Below, in pieces: positions 11,194 through 19,030 of a DNA stretch of 64,000 bases. The first letter of the stretch is position 1. Every line of letters begins with the position of its first letter. The notes beneath the pieces were generated by a model. That model was given only the letters and a program-made list of their open reading frames with translations. It was not told where the DNA came from and searched no databases. The DNA comes from an uncultured Pseudobdellovibrionaceae bacterium (GTDB lineage Bacteria; Bdellovibrionota; Bdellovibrionia; Bdellovibrionales; JAGQZY01), in assembly GCA_964588335.1 (NCBI GenBank), contig CAZPOV010000001.1, forward strand, positions 322,288 through 386,287, written 5' to 3'. The position numbers and the translations under genes were made by a program.

Positions 11194-11766
11194 ATGTTTG
11201 ATGATGACAAAGGGTTTTCACTCATTGAACTCATGATCGCAGTAGCGATCATCGGAATTTTGTCTCTAATAGCTGTACCCTCTTACAAAACTTTCCAAGC
11301 GAAAGCCCGTCAAAAAGAAGGATTCAATTTGATGAATAGCTACTACGCTGCTGCCATCGCCACTCGTACAGAGTTTGGTTTGTTTCCAGGAAACTTTGTG
11401 GCCACGGGCTTTGCTCCGGTGGGAGAACTCAATTACCGATTGCGTTCGAATGATGGCAATAACATCCCAGGTACCACAGTTTTTAACAATGATGATGGTT
11501 GTATAAACACTATTCAGCCTTGCAATTGTGGGGGGAACTGTCCGAATTTCAAAACCTGGAGAGAAATGCCGGTGGGAGCGGCTGGTCGTTTAGGGATTGG
11601 GTGTGTCGATTGCACAGCCTGTGGAGCTATGGGTAATGTTATGACCAATAACAACGCCTTTGTGGCCGGTGTCTCCGGTTGGATATCCACGACGGCGACA
11701 AACTTTGATCGTTATTTCTTTAATGAACAGAAAACCATCCAAATGTGCGACGATGGTCTGAAGTAA
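11194..11766 (+). CDS. Type IV pilin-like protein, paralogue 2 (tandem duplicate)
   Basis: MFDDDKG/FSLIELMIAVAIIGILSLIAVPSYKTFQAKARQKE. About 70% identical to paralogue 1 by eye. Starts 6 nt after the stop of paralogue 1. Confidence 0.85.
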   Translation: MFDDDKGFSLIELMIAVAIIGILSLIAVPSYKTFQAKARQKEGFNLMNSYYAAAIATRTEFGLFPGNFVATGFAPVGELNYRLRSNDGNNIPGTTVFNNDDGCINTIQPCNCGGNCPNFKTWREMPVGAAGRLGIGCVDCTACGAMGNVMTNNNAFVAGVSGWISTTATNFDRYFFNEQKTIQMCDDGLK

Positions 11767-11805
11767 AAAGAGTGTTGGCTATTCGAAACAGGTCTTCCGC
11801 CCCTT

Positions 11806-12639
11806 TTATCCTAATAATTTAAGAGCTAAATTTTTGACTTGATTGGCTTGTCCCAAAACAGAAATACCTGATTGCATCAGAATGTTCTGTTTCGCCAGTT
11901 CCGCCGTTTGCTCGGCCACGTCTGTGTCACGAATTCGACTGTTGGCCGCAGAAAGATTTTCGTGAGCAATGTTCAAGTTATTCATGGTTGAAACCAAACG
12001 GTTTTGTAGAGCTCCAAAGTTGGCACGCATCGAGTTCACCCTGAGCATGGCATCATCAATGACAGATAAGGTGGCTTGTGCCCCTGGCTTCGATGAAACA
12101 CTTTCAGCGGCTATACCTAGTGCGGCATTGGTTGAGTCAGCGGCAGACGAATCAAAACTAATTCGATCGTTGAAGGGATCGTTGTGTACACCCACCTGAA
12201 ACTCAAGAAGTCCACCGACACCACTTAATAGGGGAGTTCCATTGTATTCTGTGACCTCAGCCACACGCTGTATCTCAAGCTTTAACTGTTGAAATTCAGC
12301 GTCAGTAAAAGATCTTTCTCTCTCGCCGACCGTGTCTGAAGATGCTTGGATAGCGAGCTCTCGCATGCGAATCAGCATATTACTGATTTCAGAGAGTCCA
12401 CCCTCTGCCACTTGCACCATTGATACTCCATCTTGAGCATTTCGATTGGCTTGTTTAAGACCTCGAATTTGAGCGCGAAGGTTTTCAGAAATCGCCAGGC
12501 CGGCAGCGTCATCTGCCGCACGATTGATACGATATCCAGAGCTCAGTCTTTCCATGGCTTTCATCATCGAAAGGTTGGTATTGAACAATTGCCTTTGTCC
12601 ATTGATCGAAGCCATGTTCGTAGCAATTCTTAATGACAT
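11806..12639 (-). CDS. fliC: Flagellin (277 aa)
   Basis: N-terminus MSLRIATNMASINGQRQL, LSSGYRINRAADDAAGLAISENLRAQIRGL, C-terminus ANSRIRDTDVAEQTAELAKQNILMQSG..AQANQ. GGAGGA RBS upstream. Confidence 0.95.
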   Translation of the reverse strand: MSLRIATNMASINGQRQLFNTNLSMMKAMERLSSGYRINRAADDAAGLAISENLRAQIRGLKQANRNAQDGVSMVQVAEGGLSEISNMLIRMRELAIQASSDTVGERERSFTDAEFQQLKLEIQRVAEVTEYNGTPLLSGVGGLLEFQVGVHNDPFNDRISFDSSAADSTNAALGIAAESVSSKPGAQATLSVIDDAMLRVNSMRANFGALQNRLVSTMNNLNIAHENLSAANSRIRDTDVAEQTAELAKQNILMQSGISVLGQANQVKNLALKLLG

Positions 12640-12970
12640 TTTCTAGGTCCTCCAGCAAAAAAGTTTTACTGATTGTTTTCGGATTTGTTTCGTTTTTTTA
12701 CGTTTTTTAAAAAAACCAATTCATACCGTCGAAATTTTAATCGGTTAATGAATCAATTTGATCGAGTCTAGTTTTTATTATTTTGAGAAATGGGGGCGAC
12801 AATAAGGTCATAGCGAAAATCAGGGACCAAAATCCTTCGGCCCCCGAACGAGCAGGTGACCAGTGCCCAAGGAGAAACACCGGCCATTGAGGTAAATACC
12901 GGTCTATGCAGGGGCTAAAGGGCGAAGCGAATTCGCCCCTCAATACCTAAGAGACCGTAAACTTTTTCAG

Positions 12971-13816
12971 TTAAGAAAAAGTACTGTTCAAGAGTTGGAG
13001 TGAAGCTTTAGCTGTCTGGTTCGCTTGTGCTAACACTGAAGTTCCCGCCTGAAGCAAGATGTTTTGCTTCGTTAAGTTGGCTGTCTCTTCAGCAACATCC
13101 ACGTCACGAATTCGACTGTTGGCTGCGGCCATGTTCTCCAAAGAAATTGCTAAGTTGTTGATGGTTGACATCAATCGGTTTTGCATAGCTCCAAAGTCGG
13201 CACGCATGGCTGATGTAGCGACAATCGCTTCATCAATTGCGGCCAATGAATTTTGTGCTGATGCTTTATCAGACACTGATGTGAGGTTCACTCCCAGTGC
13301 TGCTGAGTTGGCATCGGCTTTTGAAGCATCAAAACTCAATCGGTCAATGTTAGGATCGTTGCGAGTTCCCACTTGGAAGTCAAGGATTGCTCCTGTTCCA
13401 CTGAGAAGAGGAGTTCCATTGAACTCTGTACTGTCAGCGATCCGGTCGATTTCGTCGACCAGCTGTTGATATTCGACATCAAGAAGTTGTCTTTCGACGG
13501 GGCCAATGGTGTCAGAAGCGGCTTGAACTCCCAGCTCTCTTAAACGAATTAAGATGTTTGAGATTTCTTGCATTCCACCTTCTGCGACTTGCAACATTGA
13601 AACACCATCTTGTGCGTTTCTCCAAGCCACTTTCAGTCCGCGAATCTGGCCGCGTAAGTTTTCAGAGATGGCTAAGCCTGCGGCATCATCACCTGCTCTA
13701 TTGATGCGATACCCAGAACTTAATTTCTCTAAGCTCTTATCAAGGGCGATTTTGTTACCGTACAAATTTCTTTGTGCGTTTAACGACGCCGTGTTTGTAT
13801 TAATTCTTAGGCCCAT
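12971..13816 (-). CDS. fliC: Flagellin (281 aa)
   Basis: MGLRINTNTASLNAQRNL, LSSGYRINRAGDDAAGLAISENLRGQIRGL, ANSRIRDVDVAEETANLTKQNILLQAG. AAGGAGGAAG RBS. Confidence 0.95.
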   Translation of the reverse strand: MGLRINTNTASLNAQRNLYGNKIALDKSLEKLSSGYRINRAGDDAAGLAISENLRGQIRGLKVAWRNAQDGVSMLQVAEGGMQEISNILIRLRELGVQAASDTIGPVERQLLDVEYQQLVDEIDRIADSTEFNGTPLLSGTGAILDFQVGTRNDPNIDRLSFDASKADANSAALGVNLTSVSDKASAQNSLAAIDEAIVATSAMRADFGAMQNRLMSTINNLAISLENMAAANSRIRDVDVAEETANLTKQNILLQAGTSVLAQANQTAKASLQLLNSTFS

Positions 13817-13840
13817 GACTTCCTCCTTGAAAGTATTAGT

Positions 13841-13859
13841 GCATCAGTTCCGTTGATGC
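13841..13859 (-). promoter_or_regulatory. 5'-UTR hairpin presenting GGA in its loop (CsrA-type binding-site candidate)
   Basis: Minus-strand RNA GCAUCA-ACGGAAC-UGAUGC: 6-bp perfect stem with a GGA-containing loop. It lies about 12 nt upstream of the AGGAGG Shine-Dalgarno of the 12971-13816 flagellin. Confidence 0.35.
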
Positions 13860-13901
13860 GGGAGTTTCATAACTCCATAGGGCATTTTCCTATCAACTGG
13901 C

Positions 13902-13928
13902 TATTCGGTGTTTCAGTATGGGACTTTA
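13902..13928 (-). promoter_or_regulatory. Sigma-28 (FliA) type promoter for flagellin 12971-13816
   Basis: Minus strand reads TAAAGTCC-catactgaaac-ACCGAATA (consensus TAAAGTTT-N11-GCCGATAA). TAAA to CCGA spacing is 16 nt. Confidence 0.65.
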
Positions 13929-14078
13929 AGGATTTTTCTCATTTTTAGGCACTTCTAGACCTAGCGCTAGGATCAGAGCCAATTAAACGAAGGTTCGCCT
14001 TTTCGGTGTCATTGAACCTAGACCCCGGCGATAGAGCGAAGGGGTCATGTCATTATATATAGAGATTAGGTTGTTGAT

Positions 14079-15647
14079 TCACTCGCCAGTCTCGTCGAGG
14101 ATGTCGGAGCGTTGGTGCAGCCACAAATAGACCTCAGAGTGACTGGGAAAGTAAGAGGAGCGAAGGACAAGTTCTTGCCGACCTCCAGGAGTGTTAAGGT
14201 TTTTATCTAGAGCTCTTTGTAAGGCCGCTTTATCCAATTTATTTTTCTTATTGTCGGCGATAGCCTTTTTAATTCTTTTATCGACCGGACTTTCTTTTAT
14301 GGCGGCGGCTCCACCACTGGACGAAGCGCCGGCTCCATCGGTCCCTAGAAATCCTGAGTTCATATTTTTAGCCAATTGATTGTAGACGCTGGCTCCGCCT
14401 CCACGACGACGACCACTGCCACCACCACGAGCACCACCGCCTTGATTGCCAAGACCACCGGCCCCTGCGACACCACCGGCTCCAGCCCCTCCGGCGCTTC
14501 CGCCAGGGCCCGCACCCGCCGCACCTTTGGCTTTGCCACCGGGTGCACCGCGCGTGGAAGGGGCTAGGCGTGAAACTCCCGGGATAGCGGTCGAGCTTCC
14601 TGGATTAAACCCACCCATTTGCGAACCTAGACTGGCTCCTGAGATATCACCACCTCCCGGACCATTCACACTCGCACCCGGGACTTGAGTTGTGGCGTCT
14701 AAACTGGCCTGTTGAAAATTTCCTGGCATGCCACCGAATGTGTCGGCAGCGGCTTGGTCCATTGCGGCAATCAGGTCCTCTTCATCTTCAGATGTGGGTG
14801 TTTCTTCTGGGGCGCTATTGTCGCCTCCCGTGATATCACCGGGTCCAGCATCGGGAGCCGGATTGCTACTGTCATCCGCTTCTTCGTCATCACCAGCATC
14901 GGCACCAGCGGTGGTGACTGCACCAGCCCCTGTGCAACCTCCCATATCCGGGACGGCTCGATCACCCGATGTGAAACGTTCGTTCCAGTTGTTAAAGGTA
15001 CAAGAATTACGAACAGAGGTGTTGGTGAAGCGAGAGTTCAGATAATTCAAACAAGCCGTTTCTGTTGTATTGCGACCATCACAAGCGTCGGTCTGCATAA
15101 ACGAGGAAACCGTATCGTCACAATAAAGCTTTGAAGCCAGACCAGAGTCACAATCGGCGACCGTACCAAAGGCATTACTGCGTGATTCCATCCAAGAAAC
15201 AATGGAGGTCATATAAGCGGAACAATGGGGATGGCCGTTCGCCAATCGGTTACAAAAATTGTTTTCGTATTGACCGTCAGGGTGAAGTAAAGACAGGTGT
15301 CGCATATGATCGCAAGAGGCACGCGGAACGTTGGAGCTTACGGCGTGCCCGCAGAAGTCAGAATTATAGTAAACCTGTCGCGCACCCTGACTTAGAATTT
15401 CAAAAGCCTGATCATTGCTGTTATTGCGATACTCTCTCTCCAAAGCGGGGATGGCCGCGGCCATTGAAGAGGTATCAATTCCCGGAGGTCCAGGATTGGT
15501 CGCTAGAATCGCCGTTATACAACCAAGGTCGGGGCCTAGCAAATTTCCACTGTTGGCGGCGTCGATAAAACAATCATTGGCTGCTCCGATCTGAGAAACA
15601 CAAAAGAAACTAAAAGAAATAAAGAGTTTACGAAAAAAATTTACCAT
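14079..15647 (-). CDS. Secreted protein: Cys-rich N-domain, acidic linker, long Gly/Ala/Arg low-complexity tract
   Basis: Signal peptide MVNFFRKLFISFSFFCVSQIGAA. About 18 Cys in the first 240 aa. GGKAKGAAGAGPGGSAGGAGAGGVAGAGGLGNQGGGARGGGSGRRRGGG tract. No recognisable family. Confidence 0.6.
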   Translation of the reverse strand: MVNFFRKLFISFSFFCVSQIGAANDCFIDAANSGNLLGPDLGCITAILATNPGPPGIDTSSMAAAIPALEREYRNNSNDQAFEILSQGARQVYYNSDFCGHAVSSNVPRASCDHMRHLSLLHPDGQYENNFCNRLANGHPHCSAYMTSIVSWMESRSNAFGTVADCDSGLASKLYCDDTVSSFMQTDACDGRNTTETACLNYLNSRFTNTSVRNSCTFNNWNERFTSGDRAVPDMGGCTGAGAVTTAGADAGDDEEADDSSNPAPDAGPGDITGGDNSAPEETPTSEDEEDLIAAMDQAAADTFGGMPGNFQQASLDATTQVPGASVNGPGGGDISGASLGSQMGGFNPGSSTAIPGVSRLAPSTRGAPGGKAKGAAGAGPGGSAGGAGAGGVAGAGGLGNQGGGARGGGSGRRRGGGASVYNQLAKNMNSGFLGTDGAGASSSGGAAAIKESPVDKRIKKAIADNKKNKLDKAALQRALDKNLNTPGGRQELVLRSSYFPSHSEVYLWLHQRSDILDETGE

Positions 15648-15865
15648 TCAAACCCACCTTGATCAGGGTCTACAGCCCATCTGACACCCTTTAGTTTATC
15701 ATAAGGAGACAAGAGGCGTATTCAATTCAATGTCATTTTCTCATAATGAGACAGACTTAGGAAACTAGACCATCTACATATACGGGCTTGCCCTTTAGGC
15801 TGAATTTAAGGTTTTGCGTTGGCGAAATGGCCACTGTGCTGAAATACTATCAATACGGAGGGCTT

Positions 15866-17806
15866 ATGAACAAGCTTGTCATGTCTTTATTAGTGCTATT
15901 TGTAATGGGATTCAATTCCCCAGAAGCAATGGCTCGTTCGAAAAGAAAAACCACACGCAACAAAGTTAAATACTCAAGAATTCAGTATGAAAGCGTTTGG
16001 TTCTCTCAACTCAATCAAAAACAGCAATTGCTTTATCTCAAAACCATTGAGCGTTTGACCATGCAAATGGCACGCCGAGGAGTTGTGCAGAATGATAATC
16101 CTTTTGTGCAATTTCTGATTCCTTACGTCGATGCTGCCAACCGAATCAATAATGGATTTGTTTTTGATGGAGCGAATGATGATGCCGACTATGACGCCTT
16201 CTTAGAGGAACTCAATGTTTTAGGGACACCCATCGATCCTGGTTGTTCAGGGAATAACCAAGTGTGTTCACCCACCATGGGTATGGTCTGCGAAGGTTCC
16301 AATCCGGGGGTTCTAGCCTGTTCACCGGACTCAACACCGACTTGTACTTCGCGCGGAAATGTTGATTGCTTACATCGCTCGTTAACAAGTTGTGGTTTGG
16401 ATGCCCAGGGACGAGGGACTGCCCGATCGACTGATTATTGTGAAGCTTTGGATCGAGTCTACCGTCGCGGAACTGAAAATGTCGCCGAGCTTTGTGAGTC
16501 GGGTAGCTTTTCAACCGCATGTAATGCCGCCAATGAGCGTCTGGCGGCGGCAGGAATAACAGAAAGTCCGACAGAGGCCAGCGAGCCGACGGGAGCCGAC
16601 TGTGAGCAAATGGTGCGTGAACTGGAAGAGTCTCGTGACACCAATCGTCCGGGTGAAGAGGGAACAGCCAACAATAGTTTTTGGCGCAACATGCGAGGGT
16701 TTGCTCAACAAGCCTGCGGACACAGCAGCCTGAATTCCGTGTCTCAGTTTATGGGAACCTGTAGTGAGAGAAATATGACAGCACCCGGTGGGGGACTGCC
16801 AAGAGCTGCGACCAACACTTACAATCGTGATGAAGATTCAGCGGGCTTCAACCAATGTATGGCCACCCGTATCCAACAAATCGAAGAGCGGCGTGACGCT
16901 CGTTTAGCCGAAGTCCGTGAAGAGCTTGGTGATGCCGCCGGTGAAAGCGTTGGACAAGCAAGGCTTCGCCGTGTGCGCGATGTCTTCACTAGAGATATTG
17001 CCAATGCCCGACGCGGAATGACCAGTCGAGGCACCTGTACCATTCAAGAGACAGAGCCTGTGACCGATGCCCGTGGAAACACCGTGGCTGGCGAGTACGA
17101 TATTCGTGACCTTATGAGCTTAGCGTCTAAATTTAGAAGCAACGAAAACCTTTCCGAGTCTGAGGAAAATCGCTTCCGCGCCGGTACCGGTTTAACGTCG
17201 CGTGAGTTTCGAAACGTGTTTTGTGAAAGCGATGATCATAATGAATTTAAAACCAACCTGAGAAATGCCCTGGTTGGGGACATTCGAGTTAATGGTGTTG
17301 ATGACGTCGCCAATCTTTTGCTGGGCCAAGCCCGCGCCGCCGAATACAAAATGGGACGCTGTTTAGCCAATGTGCGTCCTGTCGATGGCGAAGAAGGCAG
17401 TGGGTGCCGACTGTACACTGTGAACGACTCCAACTCTTTACGTTGTGCAACCCCAGAGCACCCAGTACTTGCAGTGAATCGTTCGTCTCGTCGTTGTATG
17501 TTGGTGACCGGTTTTGAGCGCAACGCCACCGCCACTGAGGACGTCCGTAACGTCAATGGAGAAGATTCAACACGTCGATCAGGTTTCAATACAACAATCA
17601 ACATTCGCACCCCTGGACGGAACTCGACGATGGATATTCGTTCAGAATCGTTTTTCAATCGCGATTACCAAGTGCAAGAGTACCGTTGTGATGGTGATCG
17701 TTCGATTACCAATTCCTCTGGACCAGGACGTTGCTGGATGAACCCCGAAGTGAATCGCCGATCCCATCCTTACTTGGGTGGAGAAGAAGAGGCTGTTGAG
17801 CTTTAG
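15866..17806 (+). CDS. Large secreted Cys-rich protein, unknown function
   Basis: ATG 15866 after ACGGAGGG. Signal peptide MNKLVMSLLVLFVMGFNSPEAMA. Many Cys. No recognisable family. The longer ORF from 15788 lacks a signal-peptide-compatible N-terminus. Confidence 0.65.
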   Translation: MNKLVMSLLVLFVMGFNSPEAMARSKRKTTRNKVKYSRIQYESVWFSQLNQKQQLLYLKTIERLTMQMARRGVVQNDNPFVQFLIPYVDAANRINNGFVFDGANDDADYDAFLEELNVLGTPIDPGCSGNNQVCSPTMGMVCEGSNPGVLACSPDSTPTCTSRGNVDCLHRSLTSCGLDAQGRGTARSTDYCEALDRVYRRGTENVAELCESGSFSTACNAANERLAAAGITESPTEASEPTGADCEQMVRELEESRDTNRPGEEGTANNSFWRNMRGFAQQACGHSSLNSVSQFMGTCSERNMTAPGGGLPRAATNTYNRDEDSAGFNQCMATRIQQIEERRDARLAEVREELGDAAGESVGQARLRRVRDVFTRDIANARRGMTSRGTCTIQETEPVTDARGNTVAGEYDIRDLMSLASKFRSNENLSESEENRFRAGTGLTSREFRNVFCESDDHNEFKTNLRNALVGDIRVNGVDDVANLLLGQARAAEYKMGRCLANVRPVDGEEGSGCRLYTVNDSNSLRCATPEHPVLAVNRSSRRCMLVTGFERNATATEDVRNVNGEDSTRRSGFNTTINIRTPGRNSTMDIRSESFFNRDYQVQEYRCDGDRSITNSSGPGRCWMNPEVNRRSHPYLGGEEEAVEL

Positions 17807-17830
17807 AGCAGCCAGTATTAAACACAAAAA

Positions 17831-17862
17831 AAGGCTTTGAGTATCTCTCAAAGCCTTTTTTA
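17831..17862. terminator. Bidirectional rho-independent terminator between convergent genes
   Basis: AAGGCTTTGAG (17831-41) and CTCAAAGCCTT (17847-57) form an 11-bp perfect stem. It is flanked by an A-run on the left and a T-run on the right. Confidence 0.8.
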
Positions 17863-17882
17863 ATTTAAAATCAATTTTCTAA

Positions 17883-18509
17883 TTAAAGTTCGATAAGTGT
17901 CTCTTGTCCTTGCCCCACTTTGTTGACCCAATGGTGACGGTAAGCACGAACATCGCTATCGGCCTCTTGGCTTTCGGGGCGCACATCTTCAACAACAACT
18001 TCGGGAGTGGATTCTTCCACCACTTCTTCAGCTGTGCTGTCAGCGTCTCCATCATTAAATAAGGCTGTTAGCTGCTCTTGTGTGAGCTCTGTTGTTGCGT
18101 CATCGGCCATATGGCGATCGCCGTTTGAAAAAGCGTGCAATTGATTGGAATTGGCTTCACCAATTCTGTCACAGTTGAAAAGTCGATTATTAGCGCCTCT
18201 TAATCCAGAGCAATGCCGTTCACATTGGTCGATAACATTGTTAGCGGCACTAACCATGGCGCGTATACCTATAGAGGTTCCAACTCCGACCTCAATGGCT
18301 GCCAATTCACTAATGGCCGTTTCCCGAGGGGACTCCATATCATGTTGTGAAGTGAGTAGGCTGGCCCATGTTTGTGATAAAACACCGGTCGCCAAATGCT
18401 GTTTGCAAGTCCGCCCTGTGATTTCGTGGTTTTCTCCATCTGCGAACGCTGTTAACGAAAAGCTAGCCGCAAAAAGGAAAACTAGAATACGTGAGATTGA
18501 ATAGCTCAT
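17883..18509 (-). CDS. Secreted protein with acidic C-terminal half, unknown function
   Basis: Start at MSYSISRILVFLFAASFSLTAFA (signal peptide) with GGAGGA RBS 7 nt upstream. Four Cys. DGDADSTAEEVVEESTPEVVVED acidic tract. Confidence 0.6.
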   Translation of the reverse strand: MSYSISRILVFLFAASFSLTAFADGENHEITGRTCKQHLATGVLSQTWASLLTSQHDMESPRETAISELAAIEVGVGTSIGIRAMVSAANNVIDQCERHCSGLRGANNRLFNCDRIGEANSNQLHAFSNGDRHMADDATTELTQEQLTALFNDGDADSTAEEVVEESTPEVVVEDVRPESQEADSDVRAYRHHWVNKVGQGQETLIEL

Positions 18510-18665
18510 CTTAATTTCCTCCAAATTCATCAATATAGATAAGTGCAAGGCTGGGACCGCGATTGGCACGCTTTATTTCAATTTGAAACGTCCCCTTCGT
18601 AACACGCTAAACACCTGTCAACAGATTGTACACTCCTCCTTTTAGGCTTTTCTCTGAGCGAGCGC

Positions 18666-18779
18666 CTTTGCTAGCACCCCTCATTTCAAGAGCGGGCTCC
18701 TGCCCTCGCCGGTATTTCACCCTGCGGGTGAAAGCGCGTCCCGCTTACCGGAGTCTTGAACTGAGGGGTGCTACCAAAG
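18666..18779. ncRNA. Candidate structured RNA element (multi-helix, family and strand not identified)
   Basis: Nested perfect helices read by eye: 18672-83/18762-73 (12 bp), 18685-91/18754-60 (7 bp), 18709-14/18746-51 (6 bp), hairpins 18716-22/18726-32, 18733-36/18742-45 and 18694-97/18702-05. Lies in a 480-nt ORF-free gap. Confidence 0.4.
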
Positions 18780-18900
18780 ACTCCCCCCCAAATAAATACT
18801 AACTGCCCTCTGTAAATTGACTTAGGGCACTGATCGTCTTGTCATTGAAAACCGTGAAATGGCGGTAAGTTTTAAAAAAAGTTTTCTGAGAATCACGATA

Positions 18901-19030
18901 GGCGTGCTTAGGGAGAAAGACTTAAAAAAATGAACCTCCTTAAAGCGGACGCGTTTTCGCCCAAAGGGCGAAATTAAGGTTAGGCAGGAGCCGCGGTTCA
19001 TTTTTTTAAGTCTTTCTCCCTAAGCATGCC
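18901..19030. repeat. 130-nt near-perfect palindromic element (36-nt inverted-repeat arms, 1 mismatch) flanked by TA
   Basis: Left arm GGCGTGCTTAGGGAGAAAGACTTAAAAAAATGAACC (18901-36). Right arm 18995-19030 is its reverse complement except one base. The spacer itself folds (CCTTAA/TTAAGG, TTTCGCCC-aaa-GGGCGAAA). Ends 20 nt from the folA stop. Confidence 0.85.

Noticed and set aside
12675-12764. Two sigma-28-like candidates upstream of flagellin 11806-12639: TAAAAAAA-N10-CCGAAAAC, and CCGATTAA with no TAAA at the right distance.
   Set aside because: The spacing (14 nt) or the -35 element does not fit the 16-17-nt pattern of the four good promoters. I mention them only as weak candidates.
12737-12943. 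68-aa minus-strand ORF in the spacer between flagellin genes.
   Set aside because: It has no RBS and an odd composition. The region is better explained as structured non-coding RNA or a terminator (see the finding at 12790-12945).
11969-13856. Antisense ORFs inside the minus-strand flagellin genes (11969-12199, 12433-12633, 13059-13469, 13554-13856).
   Set aside because: These are shadow ORFs opposite highly conserved flagellin coding sequence. They have no RBS, and their composition mirrors the sense strand.
14191-15568. Cluster of 60-145-aa ORFs in several frames (14191, 14360, 14376, 14446, 14712, 14728, 14771, 15131).
   Set aside because: These are artefacts of the GC-rich low-complexity tract and the long real ORF 14079-15647. 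Their translations are Pro/Ala/Thr/Arg homopolymer-like.
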